Positions 21,822-30,651 of a stretch of DNA of 64,000 bases are shown in pieces; the first letter of the stretch is position 1; every line of letters starts with the position of its first letter. Below the pieces are notes generated by a model. The model worked only from the letters and a program-made list of their open reading frames with translations. It did no database searches and had not been told where the DNA came from. The DNA is from Vulcanimicrobiota bacterium (lineage in GTDB: Bacteria; Vulcanimicrobiota; Vulcanimicrobiia; Vulcanimicrobiales; Vulcanimicrobiaceae): NCBI GenBank assembly GCA_963733295.1, contig CAVTCS010000003.1:224001-288000 (forward strand). Reading direction: 5' to 3'. A program made the translations under genes and the position numbers.

Positions 21822-21985
21822 GGTTGCTGCGTGGGGTGGCGCGGGGTAACGCTCCGGGACCGCTGTCGATTTCCCCATCCAGGGAAAATCGACGCTGCAC
21901 CGCTCGGAGCTCTCGCGCATCCGGCGCTTCGCTCCGAGTCGGAGCTCCCGGAGCGTCACTGCGCGCTGGCCCCACGCAGCCAACC
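21822..21985 (-). ncRNA. Candidate structured non-coding RNA (long stem closing a two-hairpin junction)
   Basis: Nested inverted repeats 21822-21835/21971-21985 and 21846-21859/21946-21959; hairpins 21865-21893 and 21903-21938; two A-C mismatches on + become G-U pairs on -. Confidence 0.5.
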
Positions 21986-22051
21986 CTGCGCGCGTTGGTA
22001 AGGCGCTTAAGTGTAGCGCATTGGCGAATTGATCGCGTCGCAGCAAGGGGG

Positions 22052-22093
22052 AAAAGGAGAACGGCGCTCCTCCGTGAGCGCCGTTCTCCTTTT
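22052..22093. terminator. Bidirectional intrinsic terminator downstream of the LysM gene
   Basis: AAAAGGAGAACGGCGCTC-ctccgt-GAGCGCCGTTCTCCTTTT. Confidence 0.9.
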
Positions 22094-22107
22094 CTCTGCG
22101 GGCTGGG

Positions 22108-22395
22108 TTATTGGGGGATTTTTAGTTCTTGGCCGGCTTGAATGGTGGGCGCGCTGAGGTGGTTCGCGACCGTGATTTGGTCGATAGTGTCCTGAACGTT
22201 GCCGCCGTCGGCGGTGTATTTCGCGGCGAGCGACCAGAGGCTGTCGCCGCGCTGGACGGTGGCAGTCGTAAAGCGCTCGGGGCTCGCGGCGTAGAGTCGC
22301 GATGACGAGAGGGCCGGGACCGCGATCAGCGCACCGAGCGCGGCCATTGCGAGGGCCGGCGTCAGGGTTATCCGCTTGCGTCTCGGCGTGTACAT
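22108..22395 (-). CDS. Membrane-anchored LysM protein, YneA-like SOS cell-division inhibitor
   Basis: TM segment then LysM (TVQRGDSLWSLA..ANHLSAPTIQAGQELKIP); divergent from lexA across SOS boxes. Confidence 0.85.
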   Translation of the reverse strand: MYTPRRKRITLTPALAMAALGALIAVPALSSSRLYAASPERFTTATVQRGDSLWSLAAKYTADGGNVQDTIDQITVANHLSAPTIQAGQELKIPQ

Positions 22396-22423
22396 CTCTC
22401 ATCTCCTAGCCCATATATTGGGC

Positions 22424-22437
22424 CAAACGCCTGTTCG
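22424..22437. promoter_or_regulatory. LexA (SOS) box, Firmicutes/Actinobacteria type
   Basis: CAAAC-gcct-GTTCG versus consensus CGAAC-N4-GTTCG. Confidence 0.75.
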
Positions 22438-22445
22438 TCCACCAC

Positions 22446-22474
22446 ATTTTAGCAACCGGCTGTGGATATGTCAA
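22446..22474 (-). promoter_or_regulatory. Sigma70 promoter of the LysM/yneA-like gene
   Basis: Minus strand TTGACA-N17-TAAAAT. Confidence 0.8.
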
Positions 22475-22482
22475 GGATTTCT

Positions 22483-22496
22483 CGAACGTATGTTTG
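22483..22496. promoter_or_regulatory. LexA (SOS) box upstream of lexA
   Basis: CGAAC-gtat-GTTTG, overlapping a TTGCAT -35-like hexamer. Confidence 0.75.
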
Positions 22497-22571
22497 CATT
22501 CAAAGGACCTCTTGTGCTACCCTCGTGCTAATCGCGGCGTGGTTTCGCGCCGCAGTCAGTAGGAGTGCCAC

Positions 22572-23189
22572 ATGGCAGAGCGAGCCCCGACGGAGCGCCA
22601 GGCGCGTATCCTCGAGGTCATCCGCGACTTCACGGAAGAGCGCGGCTACCCGCCGTCGGTCCGCGAAATCGGCGAACGGGTCGGCCTTTCATCCTCCTCG
22701 ACGGTTCAGGCCCATCTCAAGACGCTCGAGAAGCGCGGACTGATCCACCGGGATCCCACCAAACCGCGCGCCCTCATCGCGAGCGGATCCCGCGCCTTCC
22801 AGCGCGCGGAAGCCGACTACGGCGTTTTGCCGATCGTCGGAAAAGTGGCGGCCGGCGTGCCGATCACGGCCACGGAGAACCTCGAGGGCGAATACGTCGT
22901 GCCGGCCGAGCTGGCGCGCAAGCCCGGCACGTTCATGCTGCGCGTGCAGGGCGACTCGATGATCGAGGCGGCGATTCTGGACGGCGATTTGATCGTCGTG
23001 TCGCCCCAACCCGACGCCCGCAACGGCGAGATCGTGGTCGCAATGGTCGACGGTGAAGCGACGGTCAAGCGCTTTTTCCGGGAAGCGGGCCGCGTGCGCT
23101 TACAGCCTGAGAACCGCACGATGCGTCCGATCTTCAGCGACGAGGTGAGCGTTCTCGGGCGCGTCGAGGCCGTCGTCCGGAAGCTCTAA
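22572..23189 (+). CDS. lexA: SOS repressor LexA
   Basis: GYPPSVREIG..GLSSSSTV HTH; VAAG cleavage site; GDSM; ATVKR; AGGAG RBS. Confidence 0.97.
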   Translation: MAERAPTERQARILEVIRDFTEERGYPPSVREIGERVGLSSSSTVQAHLKTLEKRGLIHRDPTKPRALIASGSRAFQRAEADYGVLPIVGKVAAGVPITATENLEGEYVVPAELARKPGTFMLRVQGDSMIEAAILDGDLIVVSPQPDARNGEIVVAMVDGEATVKRFFREAGRVRLQPENRTMRPIFSDEVSVLGRVEAVVRKL

Positions 23190-23247
23190 CGCTGGGCTAA
23201 ACTGGGCCGCCGGGGGAACGGGACTTCGGCGCGAATCTGCCTCCCCC

Positions 23248-24435
23248 GTGACCTCGACGTTCCGCGGCAAGCTCGAAGCGATCGAGGCGTCGCTCGTTCC
23301 ACGCATCCGGGCTTTCTCGGAAAGTCCGGAGATGTTGGCCATCCGCTGGGGCCTGCCGTGGAGCTTTGCCGGTCTCGGCGCCGGCCTTCCGATCTTCATG
23401 CTGCTCCGGCCGAGCGGCTCGCTGCTGGACCGCTTCTCGCATTCGTTCGGAGCGGCGTTCGGCGTGATGTCGGCAGTCCTGGTCATCCTGCTCACGCTCG
23501 ACTTGGCGCGACGGCGCGCGGTCCCGGTTTGGCTCGCGCTGCCGACCGCGCTTACGGCATTCGTTCTCTCGCTTCCGTACGGCGAGACGACGTCGTTCGT
23601 CGACCTCGCGACGGCTCTTGGTTCGAGCGGACTCTTCCTCGCGATCGGCGTCGCGTTGATCGACGTGAATGTCCTGCGTTTGACCCGGAGACGCCTCGGA
23701 AACGTGACCGGCTCGGTCGTCGGCGGCGCCGCGATCGTGGGCACCGCGGTTTTCTTGCTCTCGCGCGGCATTTCGTTGACCCTCGAACTCGACCGGCTGA
23801 TCGAGCCGATGGGAATGCTGGGCGACACGCTCACCGCCTTGCTCGTCCTGACGTTCGTCGAAACGCTTTTGTGGACGGTCGGGATCCACGGGCCGGCGCT
23901 GCTCGCCGCGGTCGTGCTACCTGTCTACATCAAGCTGCAGTTGGAAAACACCGAAGCGCTCGCGCACGGTCAGCCGCTGCCGCACATCGTCACGGTCTCG
24001 ATCTTCCTCTTCGTTTTTCCGGGAGGCGCCGGCGCAACGTTGCCGGCGGTGCTGTTGCTCTTGCGCAGCAAGGTCAAGCGCATCCGTACCGTCGCGTTCG
24101 CGACCCTCGTGCCGTCGATCTTCAACGCGAACGAGCCGCTGATGTTCGGCCTGCCGGTCGTCCTCAATCCGACGCTCGGCGTTCCGTTCGTCCTCGCACC
24201 GCTCGTGCTCGCGCTGATCACGTACTACGCGACGGCCTTGGGCTGGGTCGCGCGAACCGCGTACTACATCCCCTCGACGATTCCGATTCCGTTCAACGTC
24301 TTCGTCGCGACCCGCGACTGGCGCTCGCTCGTACTCATCGCCGTCAACTTCTCGGTTTCGCTGCTCATCTACGCACCCTTCGTCGCCACCTACGAACGGC
24401 TCGAGAAGAGGCGCGAGAGCGACCAGGCCGCATGA
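23248..24435 (+). CDS. PTS EIIC-like permease (lactose/cellobiose family)
   Basis: LLWTVGIHG, GGAGATL, PSIFNANEPLMFGLPVVLNP, LIYAPF. Confidence 0.85.
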   Translation: MTSTFRGKLEAIEASLVPRIRAFSESPEMLAIRWGLPWSFAGLGAGLPIFMLLRPSGSLLDRFSHSFGAAFGVMSAVLVILLTLDLARRRAVPVWLALPTALTAFVLSLPYGETTSFVDLATALGSSGLFLAIGVALIDVNVLRLTRRRLGNVTGSVVGGAAIVGTAVFLLSRGISLTLELDRLIEPMGMLGDTLTALLVLTFVETLLWTVGIHGPALLAAVVLPVYIKLQLENTEALAHGQPLPHIVTVSIFLFVFPGGAGATLPAVLLLLRSKVKRIRTVAFATLVPSIFNANEPLMFGLPVVLNPTLGVPFVLAPLVLALITYYATALGWVARTAYYIPSTIPIPFNVFVATRDWRSLVLIAVNFSVSLLIYAPFVATYERLEKRRESDQAA

Positions 24436-25685
24436 TCGAAGCGCTGCTCGAACGCTTTCCGGTCGCGCCGGCGGTAGCGCGCGCCGCGCGCGCCGCGGCA
24501 GCGCGAGCCGGCGGCGCCGATCGTTCGGACCGCGCCGAAATCGAAGCGCGCGTGCTCGCGGCGTTCCTCGAAGAAGGCGTGAACGAAAGCGATCTGGCCG
24601 CGACCTATGGCTACGGCTACGACGACGCCGGACGCGAGCGCTATGAATCGCTGCTGGCGCGAGTGCTCGGAGCGGAGCGCGCCTTCGCGCGGCTTTCATT
24701 CGCAAGCGGCACCAGCGCGATCGTGACGGCGATCGCGGCCTGCCTGCCGCCGCGCGGCCGCATTTTAGCCGCGACCGGCGTGCCGTACGACACGCTGCGT
24801 AACGCGCTCGTCGGCGCTCCACACTCGCTCGTCGCGCAGGGTGCAAGCTATGCGGAAGTCCCGCGTGCGTCAAACGGCGGCGCCGATCTCGATGCGATTG
24901 CCGCCGCGGCGGAGATCGGCGTGGACGTCGTCTTCGTGCAGCGCTCGCGCGGTTACGCGCCGCAGCGCTCGCTCTCGTCGGCGGAGTGCGGCGAGATCGC
25001 CCGCGCGGTGCGCGCCGTCGCCGCGCAAGCTTTCGTCCTGGTTGACAACTGCTACGGCGAGCTGGTCGAGACGAGCGAGCCGACCCACCATGGCGTCGAC
25101 GCGGTCATGGGTTCGCTGATCAAGAACCTCGGCGGCGGGATCGCTCCGGCGGGCGCTTACGTTGCCGGCCGCGCCGAGGTCATCGAACGAGTCGCGGCCC
25201 GGCATTACGCGCCGGGTCTGGGCACCGGCGTGGGACCCAGCTTCGGCCTGACGCGCGACCTGGTGCACGGGCTGTTCCTCGCGCCGCTCGTCGTCGGCGA
25301 GTGCTTGGCAGGGCTCGACTTCGCGGCGGCCCTGTTCGAGGAACTCGGCTTCCGGGTCGACCCGCGGCCGGGCGGACCGCGTCGCGACATCGTGCAGGCC
25401 ATCGCCCTTGGAGATGCGGCCAAGCTGGTCGCCTTTGCCCGCGGGCTACAGCGAGCGATGCCCGTCAACGCCGGGTTCGCGCCCGAAGCCGGTCCGGTGC
25501 CCGGCTATCCCGAGCCGGTGGTCATGTCCGGCGGGGCGTTCGTTCCGGGCGCCACGATCGAGCTTTCCTGCGACGCGCCGCTCCGGCCGCCCTATGAAGT
25601 CTACTTGCAGGGAGGCAGCTCTCGCCTCCACGTGGCAGCCGGGGCGCTCTTCGCGGCTGAAGAGCTCTTCAAAGAAAGCAAATGA
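24432..25685 (+). CDS. YnbB/aluminium-resistance family PLP enzyme (methionine gamma-lyase family)
   Basis: GYGYDDAGRE, VQRSRGY, VDNCYGE, GSLIKNLGGG, GATIELSCDAP, YLQGG. Confidence 0.9.
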   Translation: MIEALLERFPVAPAVARAARAAAARAGGADRSDRAEIEARVLAAFLEEGVNESDLAATYGYGYDDAGRERYESLLARVLGAERAFARLSFASGTSAIVTAIAACLPPRGRILAATGVPYDTLRNALVGAPHSLVAQGASYAEVPRASNGGADLDAIAAAAEIGVDVVFVQRSRGYAPQRSLSSAECGEIARAVRAVAAQAFVLVDNCYGELVETSEPTHHGVDAVMGSLIKNLGGGIAPAGAYVAGRAEVIERVAARHYAPGLGTGVGPSFGLTRDLVHGLFLAPLVVGECLAGLDFAAALFEELGFRVDPRPGGPRRDIVQAIALGDAAKLVAFARGLQRAMPVNAGFAPEAGPVPGYPEPVVMSGGAFVPGATIELSCDAPLRPPYEVYLQGGSSRLHVAAGALFAAEELFKESK

Positions 25686-25729
25686 AGCGTGCCGGAGAAG
25701 TCCAGCCCAGTGATTGTGGGAGAGCGCCA

Positions 25730-26131
25730 ATGAGCGAGCCAGACGCCATTTCAAAGAACGGCGAAGGGACGTATCGGCGCCGGTACGTGCGCGTCCCGGT
25801 CGGGCTCGACGTCAATTACGTTCGCGACGGGTTCGACGAGGCCAAGGCGGGACGGCTTTCCGACCTCGGTGGCGGCGGCGTACGCCTAGCGAGCGATGAA
25901 GACCTCGCGCTCGGAGCGGTGTTGCTCTTGCGTTTCGAACTGCCGACAGCTTCGCGCGAACTCGTGGCGCGAGGCCGCATCGTGCTTTCGTTCTACGATG
26001 CCGAGGCCCAGCAGTTCTTCCACGGGATCGCCTTCACGCAGATCGACCCGCGCGATCAGGAAGTCATCGTCACGTACGTCAACGACGAAGTCCAGCGCAT
26101 CGCGTCGATCGAGGAAAAGGCCGCAGAATAA
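25730..26131 (+). CDS. Single-domain PilZ protein (c-di-GMP receptor)
   Basis: RRRYVR (RxxxR) and DLGGGG (DxSxxG-like) motifs. Confidence 0.85.
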   Translation: MSEPDAISKNGEGTYRRRYVRVPVGLDVNYVRDGFDEAKAGRLSDLGGGGVRLASDEDLALGAVLLLRFELPTASRELVARGRIVLSFYDAEAQQFFHGIAFTQIDPRDQEVIVTYVNDEVQRIASIEEKAAE

Positions 26132-26156
26132 GGCTTCGCGCCGAGGCGGCGCGCTT

Positions 26157-26444
26157 CTAGCGGCGGCTTCCCATGAAGCCGTAAAAGAAATAACGATTGC
26201 CGTCGGTCGTCTCGACGACGATGCGCGTTTCTTCCAGGGTCGCGCTCGCGATCGTTTTGCCTGCGAGCGTATCGAGGATCCCCTGCGTTTGTTCGAACTC
26301 CGCTTCGCGCAGGGAATCGGCGTCGATCTCCATCAAATTGAGGAGTTCGTCGAGGGTCCCGTGTCCCGTTGGGTCAGCGCCGGTACCTATGTCGCAGCCC
26401 TCCTCTGGCGTCTCTCCGGGGGAGTTCGACCCGCGGGGGACCAA
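26157..26444 (-). CDS. Small acidic hypothetical protein
   Basis: 95-aa ORF filling the gap between the PilZ and FHA genes; start uncertain. Confidence 0.5.
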   Translation of the reverse strand: MVPRGSNSPGETPEEGCDIGTGADPTGHGTLDELLNLMEIDADSLREAEFEQTQGILDTLAGKTIASATLEETRIVVETTDGNRYFFYGFMGSRR

Positions 26445-26458
26445 ACTCTCGCAAGAAA

Positions 26459-26758
26459 ATGTATATCCTAGAGGTAATGGGCGGCCCCCTTGACGGCAAG
26501 ACCTGGACCTTCGAGCGGGAGATTACGATCGGCCGGGACGACGCCCTAGCCGGGGCCTGCATTACGCTTGACCGCTATATTTCGCGTCAGCACGCCCAAC
26601 TCCGCGAGGAAGGCGAGGGGCTCGTCCTGACCGACCTTTCCAGCCGGAACGGGACCAAGCTCGACGGACAAACCGTGACGGCCGCGACTCCGATTCCAAT
26701 TGCCCTCGGGGATCGCTTTATCGTGGGCCGGACGCTTCTGCGCGTCGCAAAGAGCTGA
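26459..26758 (+). CDS. FHA domain protein
   Basis: ITIGR, ISRQHA, DLSSRNGT motifs. Confidence 0.88.
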   Translation: MYILEVMGGPLDGKTWTFEREITIGRDDALAGACITLDRYISRQHAQLREEGEGLVLTDLSSRNGTKLDGQTVTAATPIPIALGDRFIVGRTLLRVAKS

Positions 26759-27649
26759 TGCAAACGGTCGTGACTCCCAGCTCGGCGCGGGCCATCGCGC
26801 GGACGCTGCCGCGACCGCTCGGTTTCGTTCCGACGATGGGCGCGCTTCACGCGGGCCACTTGGCGCTCGTCGAGCGCGCCAAGCTCGAGAACGCGTCGGT
26901 CGTCGTCTCGATCTTCGTAAACCCGTTGCAGTTCGCACCGGGCGAAGACTTCGAGCGTTACCCGCGCGCGTTCGAGAGCGATCGCAACCTGCTGGGGGAG
27001 CGCGGGGTCGAGTTGCTTTACGCACCGCAGGTCGAACGCATGTATCCGCGCGGGTTCGCGACCTCCATCGATCCCGGTCCGCTCGGGTCGCGGTTGGAAG
27101 GCGCGCGCCGGCCGGGACACTTTGCGGGCGTTGCGACGGTCGTTGCGAAGCTGTTACACGCGCTCGAGCCGACCTCGCTTTATCTCGGGCAGAAGGACGT
27201 GCAGCAGAGCGCGGTGATCCGGACGATGTTACGCGACCTCGACATGGCGACGAATCTGGTGGTTGCGCCGACCGTGCGCGAATTCGACGGCTTGGCGCTC
27301 TCGAGCCGAAACCTCTTCCTGGACGGCGCGGCTCGCGCTGCGGCGCCGAGTTTCTTTCGCGCGTTGCAAGCCGTCGGCGCAGCCATCGAGCGCGGAGAAC
27401 GAGATGCCCCGAGCGCGCTCGCGACGGGTCGCGCGCTGCTCGAAGCCCCGCTCGATCTGGGATTACCTAGAAATCGTCGATCCGGCAACGTTCGTCTCGC
27501 TCGAGCGCATCGCGCGCCCGGCGCTCGTCGCCGGCGCGGTTTTCGCCGGCGCGACGCGGCTCATCGACAACCTGTCCCTCGCCGGAGCCGATGGCCTCGA
27601 TCCGGTGCTGACGCCGCTTCGTCCGCGCGCCGTGCCCGCGGCGCGATGA
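26758..27649 (+). pseudogene. panC: Pantoate-beta-alanine ligase with a frameshift near 27460 (pseudogene or sequencing error)
   Basis: GFVPTMGALHAGH, VSIFVNPLQF, RPGHFAGV and GLALSSRN in one frame; DYLEIVDP..TRLIDN continues in another frame to TGA 27647-27649. Confidence 0.85.
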
Positions 27650-28830
27650 GCCGCCGGATTCTGCTCGGCGTGACCGGCGGCATCGCGGCCTACAAGGCCG
27701 CGGCGCTCGTTTCGACGCTCGTGCAGCGCGGCGACGACGTCACCGTGATCTTGAGCGACGGCGCGCGCGAATTCGTCGGCGTCGCGACCTTCGCCGCCTT
27801 GACGCGCAAGCACGTGCATTCGTCGCTGTGGGACGAGCCCGAAAAGATTCCGCACATCTCGCTCGTGCGCGAAGCCGACGTGCTCGCCATCGTGCCCGCT
27901 ACCGCGAACATCATCGCGAAGCTGGCCCGCGGCATCGCGGACGACCTGCTCAGCGATGCCGCGCTCGCCGCACGCATCCCGATCCTCATCGCGCCCGCGA
28001 TGAACGATGCGATGTACGAGCATCCGGCGACTCGCGAGAACCTGGCCACGCTCGATGCGCGCGGCGTGACGATCGTCGAACCGGGCACCGGCTTTTTGGC
28101 CGAGCGGGAGTTCGGCGTCGGGCGCTTGGCCGATCAAGACGCGATCCTCTCCGCGCTCGACGGGCTTTTCGAGCGCGGCAAGGATTTGCAGGGCGAGCAC
28201 GTCTTGATTACCGCGGGTCCGACTCGCGAAGCGATCGATCCGGTGCGCTTCCTTTCGAACGCCGCCAGCGGATCGACGGGCATCGAGTTGGCGCGCGAGG
28301 CGATCGCCCGCGGCGCGGAAGTCGATCTGGTCTTGGGTCCGACTTGGCTCGAAGCGCCGCGCGACGCGCGCGTCACGCGCGTCGTCAGCGCCCAAGAAAT
28401 GTACGACGCGACTTTGGCGCACGCCGAGTCGGCCGACTTCGCGATCGCGAGCGCCGCGGTTTCGGATTGGCGTCCGGTGACGGTGTTCGGACAGAAGGCG
28501 AAAAAACACGACGGGCCGAGCAGTCTCGAACTCGAGCGCACGCCGGATATCCTGGCAGCGCTCGGCGAGCGCAAGCGCGGCAGTTTTCTGCTCGGCTTCG
28601 CCGCCGAAACCGAAAACCACGAGCAGAACGCGCGGGAGAAGTTGCGCGCCAAGCAGCTCGACGCGATCGTCGTGAACGACGTCTCCGGGGGCGCCGGTTT
28701 TGGCGAAGGCGACAACGAGCTGGTGCTGCTTTGGGGCGACGAGGAGCGCGCGCCGCTCGGCCGCGCCTCGAAGCGCCGGCTCGCTCGCCGCTTGTGGGAC
28801 GCCATGCTCCATCTGCGCTCGCGCAACTAG
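27646..28830 (+). CDS. coaBC: Phosphopantothenoylcysteine decarboxylase/synthetase
   Basis: ILLGVTGGIAAYKA, APAMN, ITAGPTREAIDPVRFLSN, GFAAET. Confidence 0.95.
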   Translation: MSRRILLGVTGGIAAYKAAALVSTLVQRGDDVTVILSDGAREFVGVATFAALTRKHVHSSLWDEPEKIPHISLVREADVLAIVPATANIIAKLARGIADDLLSDAALAARIPILIAPAMNDAMYEHPATRENLATLDARGVTIVEPGTGFLAEREFGVGRLADQDAILSALDGLFERGKDLQGEHVLITAGPTREAIDPVRFLSNAASGSTGIELAREAIARGAEVDLVLGPTWLEAPRDARVTRVVSAQEMYDATLAHAESADFAIASAAVSDWRPVTVFGQKAKKHDGPSSLELERTPDILAALGERKRGSFLLGFAAETENHEQNAREKLRAKQLDAIVVNDVSGGAGFGEGDNELVLLWGDEERAPLGRASKRRLARRLWDAMLHLRSRN

Positions 28831-28839
28831 TCCGCTAGC

Positions 28840-29628
28840 GTGCTGCTCGCGATCGACGTCGGCAACACCGAGACGAAGCTGGGGTTCTTCACGGCGGAAC
28901 AGAGCGGGTTACTCGCTCTGCACAAGACTTGGCGCGTGACGACGACGCGCGGACAGACGGCCGATGAATTCGGCGTGCTCTTTCGCGCGCTCTTTGCGGG
29001 CGCAGGTGTCGAGACGGGTGCGGTTCGGGCGATCGTCGTCTCGAGCGTCTTGCCGCAGAACGACCGTGCGCTGGCCGAAGCGTGCCGCGCGTACTTCGGC
29101 CCCGAGCCGCTTTTCTTCAGCGCGACGAACCAGCAACTGATGGACGTCACGACCGAGCGGCCGGGCGAGCTCGGCAGCGATTTGCTCGCCGCCGCGATCG
29201 CCGCCCGCGAGTTGTACGGGACGCCGCTCGTAACCGTCGGCTTCGGAACCGCTACGACGTTCGGAGCCGTTTCGCGCGAAGGCGAGTTCGTCGGCGCGGC
29301 GATCGCGCCGGGAATCAGAATTTCGATCGACGCGCTTGTCGCCCGGACGGCAAAATTGCCTCAGGTCGCGCTCGAAGCGCCGAACGGGCCGATCGGTCGC
29401 GATACCGTCGCGGCGCTGCAGGCCGGAATCGTGTTCGGTTTCGTGGGTCAGACTGAAGGCATGCTCGCGCGCATGCGCGGGGCGATCGGCGAAGACGCTC
29501 GGGCCGTCGCGACCGGCGGACTCGCCGAGATCGTCGCTCGCCACACGAGCGCGATCGACGCCGTCGAACCCCATCTCGTCTTGCTCGGTTTGCGGCGGTT
29601 TTATGAGTCGCAGCGGAACGTGGTATAA
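28840..29628 (+). CDS. coaX: Type III pantothenate kinase
   Basis: LLAIDVGNT, LGSD, FGTATTF, VATGG. Confidence 0.92.
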   Translation: MLLAIDVGNTETKLGFFTAEQSGLLALHKTWRVTTTRGQTADEFGVLFRALFAGAGVETGAVRAIVVSSVLPQNDRALAEACRAYFGPEPLFFSATNQQLMDVTTERPGELGSDLLAAAIAARELYGTPLVTVGFGTATTFGAVSREGEFVGAAIAPGIRISIDALVARTAKLPQVALEAPNGPIGRDTVAALQAGIVFGFVGQTEGMLARMRGAIGEDARAVATGGLAEIVARHTSAIDAVEPHLVLLGLRRFYESQRNVV

Positions 29629-29637
29629 TACCGCGTC

Positions 29638-30651
29638 ATGTCGCTCGCTATCCCGCCACTCCGCATCGGAGCGCTCGAGATCTGGCCGCCCATCGTGCTC
29701 GCGCCGATGTCCGGGGTCACCAATCGTACCATGCGGGCGCTGTACAAACCCTTCGGCTTCGGGCTGACCGTCACCGAATTCGTCTCCTCGAACGCGCTCG
29801 AGCACGGAAACGCGCGCACGATGGAAATGATCGATCAGCACGGCGTCGAGCACCCCGTTTCGACGCAACTGTGGGGGAACGATCCGGCGGTGATGGCCTA
29901 CGCCGCCCGCGTCGTGCGCGAGTGCGGGGCCGACATCGTCGACATCAATTTCGGATGTCCCGCGCCCAAGGTCACCAAGACCGAAGGCGGCAGCGCGTGC
30001 TTGCGTGACGTCGAGCGCTGCGAGGCCATCATGCGCGCCGTCGTCGCGGCAGTCGATTGTCCGGTTACCGTCAAGATGCGCTTGGGGTGGACCGAGAACG
30101 AGCTGGTCTACCTCGAGGTTGCGCGGCGCGCGCAAGCCGTGGGGATACGGGCGCTGACGCTGCACGCGCGCACCGCCAAGCAGTTTTACAAGGGGAGCGC
30201 CGATTGGGAACACATCGCGGCGCTCAAAAGCGCCGTCGATATTCCCGTCGTCGGCAACGGCGATCTTAGCGATCCCGTCGATGCGCTCGCAAAGATGAAG
30301 CGGAGCGGGGTCGACGGGATCATGCTGGGTCGCGCGGTCTTGGGCAATCCGTGGCTCGTGAGTCGCCTTGCCGCTTTGCTCGACGGGCGCGAGCCCGAGG
30401 CCGAGCCGTCGCCGGCGGAGCGCTTGCGCTACGCGATGCATCACTATCGCGTGATGGTCGACGAATGGGGCGAAGCTCGCGCCGTTCCGCAGATGCGCAA
30501 GCACCTGGGGTACTATTTGCGAGGTTTCAGCGGAGCGGCCGAACTCCGCGAACGGGTGATGCGCACCCCGACCGCCGCCGAGACGCTGCGCGAAGTCGAA
30601 GCGACGATCGCGAAGCTCGAGACGCCGCAGCGAGCGCTCGCGTTCGCGTGA
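29638..30651 (+). CDS. dusB: tRNA-dihydrouridine synthase B
   Basis: LAPMSGVT, DINFGCPAPKV, VTVKMRLGW, LHART, GNGD. Confidence 0.92.
   Translation: MSLAIPPLRIGALEIWPPIVLAPMSGVTNRTMRALYKPFGFGLTVTEFVSSNALEHGNARTMEMIDQHGVEHPVSTQLWGNDPAVMAYAARVVRECGADIVDINFGCPAPKVTKTEGGSACLRDVERCEAIMRAVVAAVDCPVTVKMRLGWTENELVYLEVARRAQAVGIRALTLHARTAKQFYKGSADWEHIAALKSAVDIPVVGNGDLSDPVDALAKMKRSGVDGIMLGRAVLGNPWLVSRLAALLDGREPEAEPSPAERLRYAMHHYRVMVDEWGEARAVPQMRKHLGYYLRGFSGAAELRERVMRTPTAAETLREVEATIAKLETPQRALAFA

Noticed and set aside
21822..21985. SRP RNA, RNase P RNA or tmRNA identity for the structured element
   Set aside because: Lacks the SRP helix-8 CAGG..GGAA..AGCAG motif, the RNase P GAGGAAAGUCC motif and tRNA-like ends
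21789..22046. 85-aa minus-strand ORF
   Set aside because: No recognisable motif or RBS; the region is better explained by RNA secondary structure
26758..28830. 690-aa PanC-CoaBC fusion ORF
   Set aside because: The linker is out-of-frame PanC sequence; the true PanC C-terminus is in another frame and coaBC has its own ATG at 27646
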